The notes: a model not told the origin generated them from the sequence alone. Shown: positions 17,671 through 29,856, counted from the stretch's first letter. The stretch: DNA of 64,000 bases from Octopus sinensis (GCF_006345805.1 NC_043024.1:14694001-14758000), one strand, 5' to 3'. Program-made: numbers and translations.

Positions 17671-18490
17671 AACATCATCAATACCCTCAGCATCCTCATC
17701 AGTATCCTCAGCAGCATCATCACTACCAACATCATTATCAACAACAACATCAGCACGAACAACAACTTCATCAATACCCTCAGCATCCTCATCAGTATCA
17801 TCAGCAACATCAGCATCTTCACTACCATCAGTATCTTCAAAAGTTCGTCTCCCATCTACACCAGCAAAAAAAATGCCAACATCTCCAAATCCGTCAACTC
17901 TGATTCCAAGCGTAGTGACATCACAGACATCTTTTCCAACATCTGCATCCGTAACAACCCCAACAACTTCATCCTTCTCAAGAACATCATCTCCCACATT
18001 ATCAACAGTGAGTGAAAAAGCAGCTGCAGTTCCAACGATTAGCGTAACTACACGAAATCCAACATCTCTCCCAACAGAAACCACGACATTGGTACGAACC
18101 TCAAATGCATCAATGTTTTCAACCCCACTAACATCTGTTTCGGCGAGATCAGCAATTCCAATAATGTCGACATTAACATCTCTAACCAGCTCAATACCAG
18201 CATCCACCTCAGTACCCTCAGGAACAATACCTTCAATTCCTACAACAATACCATTCATAACAACTGCAGCTTCATCTTCATGCCAACAACAACAACAACA
18301 ACAACGGTACTACCAAAAACAAAATTATACAGAACAACAACAAGTATACCCACAACAGCAACAGAAATAACTACACCAGCATCTTCAATATTAACAAAAA
18401 CAGTTCCATCACTGACATCAACAACAATGCCATTATCAATTCCAAGAACTGCTCCTTCTCTACCAACCACTCATTTACCAACTACATCAG
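1..18490 (+). CDS. Giant mucin-type PTS exon, 5' end outside the window (about 6,100 aa of (IPTTTS)n plus a unique S/T/P-rich tail); assembled with many 1-nt frameshifts
   Basis: The repeat frame IPTTTS continues into non-repetitive S/T/P sequence from about 17670 (SSIPSASSSVSSAASSLPT...). Variation sits mostly at third positions of this frame (CCC/CCA/CCT/CCG, ACA/ACG/ACT). One missing A near 18280 (TCA ATG) joins ORF 15413 to ORF 18280. Candidate donor ACATCAG|gtaccg at 18490 is phase 1, matching all downstream exons. Confidence 0.75.
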
Positions 18491-18702
18491 GTACCGTTTT
18501 TCTTACCACATGTTCTTGAGAGATTAGTTTTGTATCATACGTTCATTTTGTGTTTCTTCAATATTTCCAGGGGTTTTTTCTTTTTCATATTTTTACCTTG
18601 CCTTATTCCTTGTTTTTGCATATTTTTGTAATTAGTATCACAATTTTTTTAATAATAAATCTCTGAACGAAGTATAAACAGTAGCTGCACAACAATGTGA
18701 AG

Positions 18703-19075
18703 TATATTTGCCACTTAAATGTGGCTAACCACTAAGGGTGGATGCTACTGTAGCTTGTAGCCCCAGGAGACCATCTTCTCCAGCTGGCTATTGACACACT
18801 TTCTGTGCCCTATCAATATTTGCAAAGGGAAGCTATCCTTCCCATCGTCGACCTGACGTGATACGCACGGACCCGGTTTTCTGGGTATTTACCCGTCGTC
18901 ACTGGAAAAAGGTTATATGTATTTGCATTGGGACCCCTTCGCATTGAGGACCGGTGATTGTCATGCACTGACGACAGGTAAATACCCAGAAATCCGGGTC
19001 CATGCGTTCTCCTGGGGCTACAAGCTACAGTAACATCCCCCCTTAGTGGTTAGCCACATTTAAGTGGCAAATATA
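18703..19075. mobile_element. MITE-like element with 68-bp terminal inverted repeats and a second internal inverted pair
   Basis: tatatttgccacttaaatgtggctaacc...ccccaggaga (18703-18770) is nearly the reverse complement of 19008-19075. Inner pair at about 18866-18901 and 18970-19006. TA at both ends. Confidence 0.75.
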
Positions 19076-19499
19076 TTTTTTTTTAACATTATCTTTGTAG
19101 CCCATTGTCACTATTTTATGCCTTTGTTATCACATGTGAATTAATACGACAGTAATTAATATATTTTTGGTCTATTTTGCTTTGATATTCTCTCAATATT
19201 AGGCTATTGTATCAGCCCTTTTTTAAATCTTACTAAAATACACAGAATAACTTATAGATGGTTGGTCCACAGTATAAGTGAGAATTGCTTTATCCCGGTT
19301 GAAAATATGTCAATACTTATGGATACATATTTTGAACTACATGTAGTATTGAATAATAATCAGGAGTTATATAGTTAGAGGTGAATATAGACAAGAAAAG
19401 GAAATAATATTTATAGAAAAAGAAAGAGAAAGTGATAGGTGTAATATACAAACATGTACACATACATGCACAAATGTGTGTGTGTGTGCACATATATAT

Positions 19500-21100
19500 A
19501 ATTTCCAGGACAACTCCCGTTGCTATGCTGCTGGCATCACACCACACGATCCCCTTCTTCAATTTGGGCACATACCAGTTCCCTCTTACTGGGTCCTCCG
19601 CAGTCACCCTCTCCAAGACTTCTTGCATCATGGCAGTTGTCTTCTTGCCAACGTTATCACTCCACCTCACTCCTTCTGCTCACCTCTTGATGAAGCTGCA
19701 TGCCATCCGGAGCCATCCTGCAGTCAGGTAGTACCCTAGCAGCTTCTCACACACAGTTCCCGCCTACTCGTCTTCAAGCCCAGTTCTGGGATCTCATTCC
19801 CTCTCTGAAACACCAACACGCCAGCCTTGTCTCTCCATAGCTTGAGTCTCGGGGTAGCTCCGCCTTCCATTGAATCCAGCGGTTTGGCAGTTAACCCAAA
19901 ACTCCTCAGGTGGCTTTTGACCTCCTTTGCCAACACTATGCTCTCATCCACCAGGGTTTCATTGATATAAGAGTTGGTGGCTCTTTTCACTTTGTCGGCC
20001 TTTCCCAGGATGGTCTTGAGGATTGTTGCCATAATCTTCGGTGCTGATTTCATCCCGAATCCCAACCTGGTCAGGCAGTATGTCCAACCCTTATAACTTA
20101 GCAGCTGATATTTCCAGTCTCTCAGTCACATGTACCTGCAGGTATGCCGACTTCAAGTCAACGATTGTGGAGATCCCCGTCATCTGCCTCCACTCTCCCA
20201 AAATTTCACTACAAATGTCCATAGCTTCACCACCCGTATGGCACAATACGTGGTTGCTCAGCTCCCGGAAATCCAATACTGGCCTGACTTTATGTTTTGT
20301 CAGCTGCTCCACTGCCATCAGCGGTAGCACTCCAGTCTTCACTGCCTCCTTCCAAGGAATCAGAATACCTTCCTTGATCTGCCGGTCCACCTTTCCCTTG
20401 AACTCTCTTCTGGCATCCCCTTTCAGGGTATGCTGATAGCAGCCTACTGCGTCTTTCAATGTCGGAAGATCTCTCTTCCAGTGCTATTCCACTGTCCACT
20501 GCCAGCCATCAAACACAGCTCGAAAATCTTTGTCTGTGATGGTGTGTGCAGCATATTTTTCTTTGCAGCTCTCACCAATCTCCTGTCGTGAACTCACAGC
20601 GCATAGCGGCCCTGCATCACTGAACACTACACCAGCTTCATTGATCGTAACACCACCCAAGCGGACAATGGCGTCCATCTTCATCACAAAATCGATCCCA
20701 TCCACAACACAATCAATTACAATAGCCCGCAACCTCAATCTTGTTCCTCGTACCACCATCTCCACATCGCTACTTCCTCTGCATTCAACTTCCATACCAT
20801 CAACAGCCCTTACACTACTCACTCCGCTGCATTCTTCTACCACTTCTGGAGTCATCAGGGCTGTTCAGTAGCCCTTGTCCACGAGGGCTTGTGGCACCTT
20901 TCTGTTTACCATGTCTTCTACTACTGGCAACGACTGTAAACGCACCTCTATTCCTTCGACGGGACAACTACCGGTGCAGTAGTCTCCCTTGGACCGTTTC
21001 CCTGTATGCATTCACTAGTGATGTGGCCTATCTGTCTGCATCGATGGCAAATCACTCCAGGCCTGGGTTTCCTGAAGTCCCTCACCATGTGCGAACCCTA
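19500..21100 (-). mobile_element. Degenerate Ty3/gypsy-like LTR retrotransposon fragment (gag knuckle, protease, RT, RNase H)
   Basis: CCHC knuckle CHRCRQIGHITSEC (21008-21049). Protease ALVDKGY*TALM. RT motifs KVRPVLDFREL, VDLKSAYLQVHV, GFGMKSAP and SYINE (decayed YxDD). RNase H VWCDASSIATG. Stops and frameshifts; no LTR seen. Confidence 0.9.
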
Positions 21101-21889
21101 ACACCAAAAACACTGCTCTTTGAAAGGTACTTGGGGAAAATTTCATTAAAAGATATTCATTTCCCTGAAAGTTATGAAGAAAAAAAATCAGATTGTGTGA
21201 ATTTTACAAAACTCCTCTACCCACCCCCTCAAAAAACTTCTTTCCCATAAATCTTTATGTACTCTGCATCCACAGCATCTCAGCAGTATGTGTTGAAAGT
21301 TTCATTAAAAAGTATACGTTTTTTTGGAAGTTATGAGCCAACGAACTCAGATGGGGTACATATCTGTAGTTATGCCACTATATTTTCCTGTCTCTATATC
21401 CATCTGTCTGTCCATCTATCTATTTGTGTTAAGGCTATGAGTTTATAAAACCAGGTCCGTCTACTTGTATATACATACATACATGGTGGCTGCCCCCTCG
21501 TTATCGAGTATGGCCATTACACGTAGCTTAATCAATGTTGTTATCGTGCAATGCCTGTGCAAGAGGATTTTTTTTAAAGTGAGGAAAGGCTGTGCACTGA
21601 GTCAATCCCACTCACTAAGCAACAGCAGCCATAATCCGAAAAGAAGAACAAGTCAACATCATCGGTAACCACTGAGCTGCAGGTTTTATGTCGGAGTTAT
21701 CCCAGTTACCTGAGTTACCTTCTCCTAGAAGGATGCCCTAACAAAGGCTAGGAGTCCTTCACTCCCAATGGTTTAACCGCGCGATCGGGTATTTCTATGT
21801 CCCTGCGCATGATACAGCTTTAAGACATACATACATACATACATACATATGCATACATATCTTAATACATACAAATATATATGCCATCA

Positions 21890-23900
21890 TCCTCATCATC
21901 ATCATTTAATGTCTGTTGCCCATGCTGATCTGGGTTGGATGGTTTGTCCAGACTTGGCAGGCTGGGGAGCTGCACCAGACTCCAGTCTGATTTGGCATGG
22001 TTTCTACAGTTGGATGCCCTTCCTGACATGCCAACCACTTTACAGAGTATGCTGGGTGCTTTTACTTAGCACCACACATGGCACTTTTACAGGGTGTCAT
22101 GCAGGTGCTTTTATGTGGCACCACATGAGCAATTTTATGTGACACCACATGGACACTTTTACATGGAACCACATGGCACTTTTATGTGACACGACATGAG
22201 CACTTTTATGTGACACCACATGGCACTTTTATGTGACACCACATGGCACGTTTATGTGACACCACATGAGCACTTTTATGTGACACCACATGGCACGTTT
22301 ATGTGACACCACATGGCACTTTTATGTGACACCACATGGGCACTTTTACGTGGCACCACCATGAATGCTTTTCACCATCAGAGGGACTGGTCTTAACACT
22401 TCTTGAGTACAGTAAAGTGCTAGGCATCTCAATCCTTTGTCATCTCGCTTTAAAGGTTCAGCATCCTCAGATTGTTCTTCAGTACTTCATCCTATGTCTT
22501 CCTGTCTTCCACTTCATGTTCCATCTACTTTGAGGGATCAGCACTTCTTTATGGAGCTGCTGGCATCCATCCACGTCACATGACCAAACCAGTGCAGTCT
22601 TCTCTCTTGCACACAGCAGCCATTTCCTCTTATGCCTAACTTCTCCCTCAAAATACTATCACTCTCTCAAACATATACACTACATTACACATCCAGCAGA
22701 GCATACTAGCATCATTCTTTTCTAACATTTGCATGTCCTCTGCATTCAGGGCCCACATCTCACTACCATGTAGAATTGCTGTTCATATACATGCATCATA
22801 CAATATTCCTTTCACTCGGGGAGAGAAACGTTTCATGGCCAACAGAGGTAACAGCTCTCTGGATTTCCTCCATCCTATTCTTATTCTAGGTATCACACTC
22901 TTTGTGCATCTTCCCACACTACTAATTTGGTTCCTACTACCTCTAATGAGCCACCCAGGCATTTGAGAGAATCAATTTCCAAAGTCTCTAAAGTTTCTAT
23001 GGATCCTCTGCATCTTCCACATGCAAAAACTATCTTCTCTGAAAACCTTCCTGTTAATTCACAGCTCCCAGTGCAGCTTACACTAGGTACACCATATGGA
23101 GTTCCTGCCTACAAATCAAACCGGGCCACCTACCTGAGGGGGTAGGATCTGTAACTTTTCTGGCTTACTAGGAACTTAGTCTTTGCTAAGTTAGCCTTAA
23201 GGTCCTTAGATTCCTGGTTTTGCTTCCACACCTGCAAGTACATCAACATATAGTAGTTCCCAGAGGCTGCCAGTCTCAAATTCCTCTGTTATGGCCTGGA
23301 GGACAATGATGAAAAAGAGAGGACTAAGGACTGGGCCTTCATCAACCCCTACTTGTACACCAAATTCCTCACTGTACACATGGTTAACTCTCACTTCACT
23401 GACAGCATCTTTGTACATGGCCCGTATAGCTTTCATCAGCCACTTGTCTATCCCAAGCCTCTTCAGAACCCATCATATCATACAGGGGGACACTCTATCA
23501 AAGGCTTTCTCTAGATCAACAAATTCCAAGTATAATGGTTTATTCTTAGCTCAGTACTTCTCTTGCAGTTGCCTGACTATGAAAATAGCATCAGTAGCGT
23601 TTCTTTCCCAGACAGAGCTGTCTGGCAATCCAGAACACAAGTCTCTGATCTTCACACTGTAGGACTTTGGCAAACCTCTTCATTTCTGCTTCTACCCTAG
23701 CTAGATAGACCTGATGTCTAGACTCCCTTTTAGCCTTCTGATATGATTCTTTGCTACCACCCCCTCTTTTCCACTCTTTCCACTCTTCTTTCTTATGGCC
23801 TTGTCAATGTCACTGTTGCACCACCATCTCACCCTTGGTCTGGCAGAGGCTTCGCTCTAGCTACAAATTTGATCTATTGCCCTTAGTAGTTATCTATTTG
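21890..23900 (-). mobile_element. 5'-truncated RTE-clade LINE (RT fragment, 3' UTR with about 21-bp tandem repeat, (ATG)n tail)
   Basis: ORF 23206-23436 contains VGVDEGPVLSPLFF...WELLYVDVL (QGSxLSP / YADD-like). Tandem ggcacttttatgtgacaccacat at about 22060-22370. (cat)n at 21885-21905. Confidence 0.85.
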
Positions 23901-24187
23901 CAGTTATATACACATATACTCACTCATATATACACATAAACATGAATACATGCACTGATGTATTTACATAAATATATATGTTACAACATATGCTTTTACT
24001 TACATATACACGTATTTATTGACACATGCACACTCTCACACCTTTACATATGAAATACATCAGTATAGATACAATTTTCTCACAGAATACAGGTGATTTC
24101 AAAACATGAACACAAATGTATATATATGTATATATATATATATATGTATATAGGTGAGAAAGTTGGTGTGTGAAAGCACGTGGTTGG

Positions 24188-24643
24188 ATATATAGAAAAT
24201 AGAAAAGAGTGAAAAAACTACAAAAGGCTTGTTTTATAAGGTTAAAGAATATATTTAAGTCGTTATGTTAGAAAAATGTTATAAAATTTTGCATATAGTA
24301 ACATAGTTTTTGGAAAAATTACTGGTTTCATTTTAACTTTTCAAATTGCTCAAATGTCTTTATCTACATCATGTCATGTCTTCGTTAACTTTTCAAATTT
24401 CTCAAATGTCTTTATCTACATTGTGTCATGTCTTCGTTATGCATAACGAAGATATGACATGATGTAGATAAAGACATTTGAGCAATTTGAAAAGTTAATA
24501 TGAAACCGGTAATTTTTCCAAAAGCTATGTTTCTATATGCAAAATTTTATAACATTTTTCTAACATAACGACTTAAATATATTCTTTAACCTTATAAAAC
24601 AAGCCTTCTGTAGTTTTTTCACTCTTTTCTATTTTCTATATAT
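24188..24643. repeat. Long loopless palindrome (about 200-bp arms, 52-bp duplication in the left arm), Penelope pLTR-like
   Basis: Axis tcttcgttatg|cataacgaaga at 24441/24442; arms near-identical; contains gaaaccggta at 24502-24511. Confidence 0.85.
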
Positions 24644-24683
24644 ATGCTTCAAAAATAAAATAGAAACTACAAGTGAAAAAGAT

Positions 24684-25433
24684 ATGGGGAAAGTAAAAAG
24701 AAAAAAAGCGAAAATGCACATTGAATATCAAAAAAATAAAAGGCTTTTTTGTGAAAAGTAGCAATAAATAAATACAACTAGCAGCATAGCCTGACGTTGC
24801 CCGGGTATGTAAGAGCCCCTAGTAGGCAATGACTAATCCCAATCTAGTCTTTTCCCTCTTGGGAATGAAGGCGCATGTGTAGGTTGCAATGTCTTCTCTT
24901 CACTCGAATACTTCTGTGTATACAATGTTCCTAGCTGTCCCTTTGGGCGAAAACATGAAAACATCATTGCGCCTCCCAACGTGTGAACAGCCCACGTACA
25001 GCCCAGAAAATGTGTTGCATATAAAAAGCTTAGATTCTCGACCCCATGTCGAATTTATCGATTTTTTCAGAACTGGGGGAACTTTTCAAACTTTTCGCTG
25101 CGTTAGTTTTGAATTATGACATTGGGCTATGTGTGTGTCAAGTTTCATCAGAATCGGTTGAAAGCCATGGTCAGGGTGAGGGTACAACCTGACAGACACA
25201 CAGACAGACAAACTGCCGTTTATATATAGAGAGATTAGATGAACTGAGGTAGAATTAAGAGGAATTAAATTCATTATTTTGAATTGTTAAAGAGATTCAA
25301 AATAATGAATTTAATTCCTTTTAATTCTACCTCAGTTCATCTAATTGTATTTATTTATTGCTACTTTTCATAAAAAAGCCTTTTATTTTTTTGATATCCA
25401 ATATGTATTTTCGCTTTTTTTCTTACTTTCCCC

Positions 25434-25437
<4 letters not shown>
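24684..25437. repeat. Second long palindrome, with its left arm interrupted by a Helitron
   Basis: ...gcaataaataaatacaa|[24778-25234]|ttagatgaactgaggtagaatt... pairs with ...aattctacctcagttcatctaattgtatttatttattgc...; loop near 25285-25295. Confidence 0.8.
24778..25234 (-). mobile_element. Non-autonomous Helitron
   Basis: On the minus strand: 5' TCTCTCTATATATAAA, 3' hairpin (cccgggcaacgtcagg) then CTAG, inserted between A and T with no TSD. Confidence 0.8.
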
Positions 25438-25485
<48 letters not shown>

Positions 25486-25565
25486 AAGAGAGAGAAAGCA
25501 AGAGAAAGAGGGAGATATGTGTATATATATGTGTGTATATATGTATGTATGTATGCATGTATATA

Positions 25566-25608
<43 letters not shown>

Positions 25609-25712
25609 GCATGTATGTATCATCATCATCGTTCAACATCCACTTTCCATGGTGGCATGGGTTATATATATGTATGTATGTATGTATGTATATGCATATA
25701 TATGTATGTAAG

Positions 25713-25744
<32 letters not shown>

Positions 25745-25745
25745 A
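25437..25745. repeat. Compound microsatellite (TA/TG/AG/TATG)
   Basis: Directly visible; it generates several spurious ORFs. Confidence 0.95.
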
Positions 25746-25836
25746 ATAATAAATATAAGGGTAGCAAAAAATTCTAGAAAAAATTCTCCGCTACCAGCGG
25801 TCTAGTGAGAAAGAAAAGATAGTCAAAGACTATATA

Positions 25837-25938
25837 ATATACATTCAACAATATAAGGAATGGCCATATAGGACATTCGACTCTTTCTAGTGAGTCGAAT
25901 GTCCTATATGGCCATTCCTTATATTGTTGAATGTATAT
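25837..25938. repeat. Perfect 47-bp inverted repeat with an 8-nt loop
   Basis: atatacattcaacaatataaggaatggccatataggacattcgactc-tttctagt-gagtcgaatgtcctatatggccattccttatattgttgaatgtatat. Confidence 0.95.
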
Positions 25939-26121
25939 ATATATATATATATATGCACATTAGCATAGATACATATACACATGCACGTAAAAGTCACACT
26001 CACATGCATATATATATATATGTGTGTGTGTGTGGCTATAAATATAGACACAAATTATATAGAGTGATTATATATAATTGACTTTAATGCTTATTTTTGG
26101 AAAAATTCATATAAATTATTA

Positions 26122-26485
26122 GGTGTGGTTGCGTGGTAAGATGCTTGCTTCCCAGCCACATACTTTCAGGTTCAATCCCACTGTGTGGCCTTGTGGACAA
26201 GTATCATCTACTATAGCTTCAGGTCAACCAAAGGCTTGTGAGTGTGTTCGGTACACTGAAATTGAAGGTAGCCTATTGTGTGTGTGTTTGTCCCCCACCA
26301 TCACTTGACAACCTGTGTTGGTGTGTTTACATCGCCATAACTTAGCAGTTTGACAAAAGAGGCAAATAAAATAATACCAATCTTAGATAAAGATAATAAA
26401 TACTTGGGTCCCTTCATTCCACTAAGAATTCTTGAAAGCAGTGCTCCAGCATGGCTGCAGTCTTGTGACTGAAACATGCAAAAGA
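26122..26485 (+). mobile_element. tRNA-derived SINE family A, diverged copy
   Basis: Head gtggttgcgtggtaag...gttcaatccc; matches the other family A copies. Confidence 0.75.
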
Positions 26486-26679
26486 TGTCCCCTCTATGTT
26501 TAGTCCCTTGTGGGCAATAAAGAAATATGAAATATGCAAAAGATGGGAGATAATATGGATTAATAGAAAGAGATTCCGTGGAAAATACTGCCTGGATCAT
26601 ATTGTCTTGTTGTTAGCCTTTCTGACTGTCACCAAACTGGTCAACTGGTAAAACACTTGTTTGCTTCTAACCTTTCCAG

Positions 26680-26697
26680 TGACCACCAGACCATACT
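26680..26697 (+). CDS. Candidate 18-nt phase-1/phase-1 microexon (xTTRPY)
   Basis: Branch-like ttctaac, then cctttccag|TGACCACCAGACCATACT|gtgaat; frame-preserving and T/P-rich. Confidence 0.4.
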
Positions 26698-26764
26698 GTG
26701 AATTACTTTGTCTAACTGTTTCTCTAGATCAACATTTGCTCAGTAGACCTTCAGCTAAAAGCTA

Positions 26765-27329
26765 TTGGGTTGTCCGGAAAGTTCATGCCGATTTATAGTA
26801 GCTTACCTTTCGACTTATTTTAGAACATGGTTGAGTCCATGAAATAAGATTTCACTACACCTCCATTTAAAGCACAGTTTAAGCTATCTTTTCATGGAAG
26901 AAGGTTTATGTTCCTATAACCTCTGTTAATTCTGTAACCCTTTAAAATGGAAGGTAAGAAAGTTCATTTTCGGCACTTGATGCTTTGGGAACCAGACAAA
27001 ACTTGCTGCAGTTTGGCTGGGATGTGTTACCCCACCTTCCATATTCACCAAATATTGCTCCTTTAGATTTCCACTTATTCAGGTCTCTGCAGAATAGCCT
27101 TAATGGTAAAAATTTCAATTCCTTGGATAACATAAAATGTTACCTTGATGAATTCTTTGCCAGAAACCACCTGAATTCTGGGAAGAGGGTATTTTCAAGT
27201 TAAAGGAAAGATGGAGACGCATTGTGCAACAAGATGGTTCATATTTGGTTGATTAAAAATGCAATGGCAAGTATTTATTGACCTTTTTCTTTCCTTTAAA
27301 AATCGGCATGAACTTTCCGGACAACCCAA
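26765..27329 (+). mobile_element. Internally deleted mariner transposon
   Basis: Perfect TIRs ttgggttgtccggaaagttcatgccgatt with TA TSDs; transposase C-terminal motif VLPHLPYSPNIAPLDFHLFRSLQN. Confidence 0.95.
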
Positions 27330-27699
27330 TATTTCTGCCATTGCATCAATAGTAAATGTGCATTGATAGTGCTTCTTCCTGACACAAAACCAAACTGCAT
27401 TTCATCTAACCATCAGTGAGACTGTGGAAGGAGATAAATTCAAGGTGATGACAACTTGTTCCTATTTCCCTTTGATATACTGAATATAATAGCAATTAGT
27501 GTTTTGCAAAGGCCATAAAGTTTGGGAATGGGGCACAGTAGCGTGTTTACAACTATTGGGATAGATTCCTGTAGAGAAAGAATGATTACAGGATCTGGTT
27601 ATGATAACAGATAACTCTGAAATGTATGGTCTTTAAGGTTATTGAATGTCATGATATCATGATCTCTCTGTTATGTTTGAGAAGTCAATGAAGTTTCCA

Positions 27700-28305
27700 C
27701 ACTTATTTCTTTATTGCCCACAAGGGGCTAAACATAAAAAGGACAAACAAGGACAGACAAAGGGATTAAGTCAATTACATCAACCCCAGTGTGTAACTGT
27801 TACTTATTTAATCGACCTCGAAAGGATAAAAGGCAAAGTTGACCTTGGCAGAATTTGAACTCAAAACGTAACAGCAGACGAAATACCTATTTCTTTACTA
27901 CCCACAAGGGGTTAAACATAGAGGGAACAAACAAGGGCAGACATAGATATTAAGTCGATTACATCGACCCCAGTGCATAACTGGTACTTAATTTATCAAG
28001 CCCGAAAGGATGAAAGGCAAAGTTGACCTTGGCGGAATTTGAACTCAGAACGTAACAGCAGATGAAATACCTATTTCTTTATTACCCACAAGGGGTTAAA
28101 CATAGAGGGAACAAACAAGGACAGACATAGGTATTAATTCGATTACATCGACCCAGTGCATAACTGGTACTTAATTTATCGACCCTGAAAGGATGAAAGG
28201 TAAAGTCGATCTCGGCGAATTTTAACTCAGAATGTAATGGCAGATGAAATACTGCTGAGCATTTCGCCCGACGTGCTAACGTTTCTGCCAGCTCATCCCC
28301 TTAAA
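27700..28305 (-). mobile_element. SINE family C with three tandem 3' modules
   Basis: tRNA-like head (reverse complement of gctggcagaaacgttagc...gttctgagttcaaattcc); body repeated with about 180-bp period. Confidence 0.8.
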
Positions 28306-29371
28306 GTTTCCACTCTTAATGATTGATTTTATGTTCTTGAGGAGTGAAGGAGAGATTTTCAGAATTTCGAAAAACTAATATTTTGAATCTTCCACATGCT
28401 GTAGCTTTTGTGGAATTACTTATAGTGTTGCAATAACCATTTTAGCCATTTTGAAATATGGCACGAATTGGCAATATGACGTAATGTCTTTGCCAAAGAA
28501 TTATTATTTTCGTTTTTTTTCCATTGGTTAATATTACTGCTCATATAAAGATTCAAAAAGTTTTGTAGAGAATATTTGTCATGGATTTCAATTCTTTTTA
28601 GTCAAGTTGAGCAGTTATAAAAACCCTGGATTTGGGGAAAAACTTGAGTGTTTGTTGGATGTCACTGAACTCCACGACACTCGCTCTTTTGAGACACCGG
28701 TAATTTTCATGCCATGTCTAAAGTTAATCACAAGTCTATTTTGATTTGTTGGTTAATGTATTAGTTAAAATTAAGAATTAGTTAATGAATTTATAGTCGT
28801 TGTTCCACACGACAAAGTTATCTTTCTTACCTACTGTAAATAATATAAAATGTTATATTTATATAATAAAACTAATTAAAAGAAAATGTTTCTCTTCACA
28901 TTTGTTTTTCAACTGAGCATAAATAAGTATGCATTTCTGTAATCCTTAATTTATGTTTTCTTATAGCGGTTAAAAGGACACAAAGAAAATATTCAACATA
29001 CATGTCATTAATATTCATAGCGTTCCATGTGTATATGTCTCTATGACATTATATACTGTAGTTAGGGTTTTAGGTATAATGATAACACTTAAGTATAAGT
29101 GACTTTAATCATTATATTCTCCCTTACTCAGAAAAAAGCCAAATAAAATAATATAACCTAAGAGAAAGCTTAAGGTAGAATAAGCAAAACCGCCATAATA
29201 GGATCTTCTCTAGTTCAACCAGAAATATGCTTATTCTGATGCCATCCTTTAAAACACCATCCACTGAATTAAATGGTTTATTTTCATTTTATTTTTGATG
29301 ATGTAAATAACTCACTGATAATGTTATCCCATATTTTAATAACTGTGATTTTTTTTATAAGAGAACACAAT

Positions 29372-29753
29372 GGAAGCACTCCGTCGGTTACGACGACGAG
29401 GGTTCCGGTTGATCCAAATCAACGGAACAGCCTGCTCGTGAAATTAACGTGTAAGTGGCTGAGCACTCAACAGACACGTGTACCCTTAACGTAGTTCTCG
29501 GGGATATTCAGCATGACACAGAGAGTGACAAGGCCGGCCCTTTGAAATACAGATACAACAGAAACAGGAAGTAAGAGTGAGAGAAAGTTGTGGTGAAAGA
29601 GTACAGCAGGGATCACCACCATCCCCTGCTGGAGCCTCGTGGAGCTTTAGGTGTTTTCGCTCAATAAACACTCACAACGCCCGGTCTGGGAATCGAAACC
29701 GCGATCCTATGACTGTGAGTCCGCTGCCCTAACCACTGGGCCATTGCGCCTCC
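29372..29753 (-). mobile_element. SINE family B, full length
   Basis: Head ggaggcgcaatggcccagtggttaggg...gtttcgattccc; 13-bp TSD aagagaacacaat (29359-29371 / 29754-29766). Confidence 0.92.
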
Positions 29754-29820
29754 AAGAGAACACAATATTCTACAAGTTAAGCAATGCGTGCATTTGCATG
29801 TGTGTGTGTGTGTGTGTGTG

Positions 29821-29856
<36 letters not shown>

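Noticed and set aside
158-18258. Long minus-strand ORFs (GIDVVV)n and (VLMLLW)n of up to 1,263 aa
   Set aside because: They are automatic shadows of the A/C-rich repeat, with no unique domain or splice logic. The unique tail and codon-position variation favour the + strand IPTTTS frame.
24086-24092. AG/GT-bounded 7-nt segment (cacag|AATACAG|gtgatt)
   Set aside because: Not frame-preserving and has no paralogue or other support.
25345-25749. ORFs rich in YI/CV/ER repeats, here and at many similar sites
   Set aside because: Translations of dinucleotide microsatellites and SINE bodies, recurring almost identically at each SINE copy.
27417-27444. AG/GT-bounded 28-nt segment
   Set aside because: Not a multiple of 3, incompatible with the phase-1 chain, and not S/T/P-rich.
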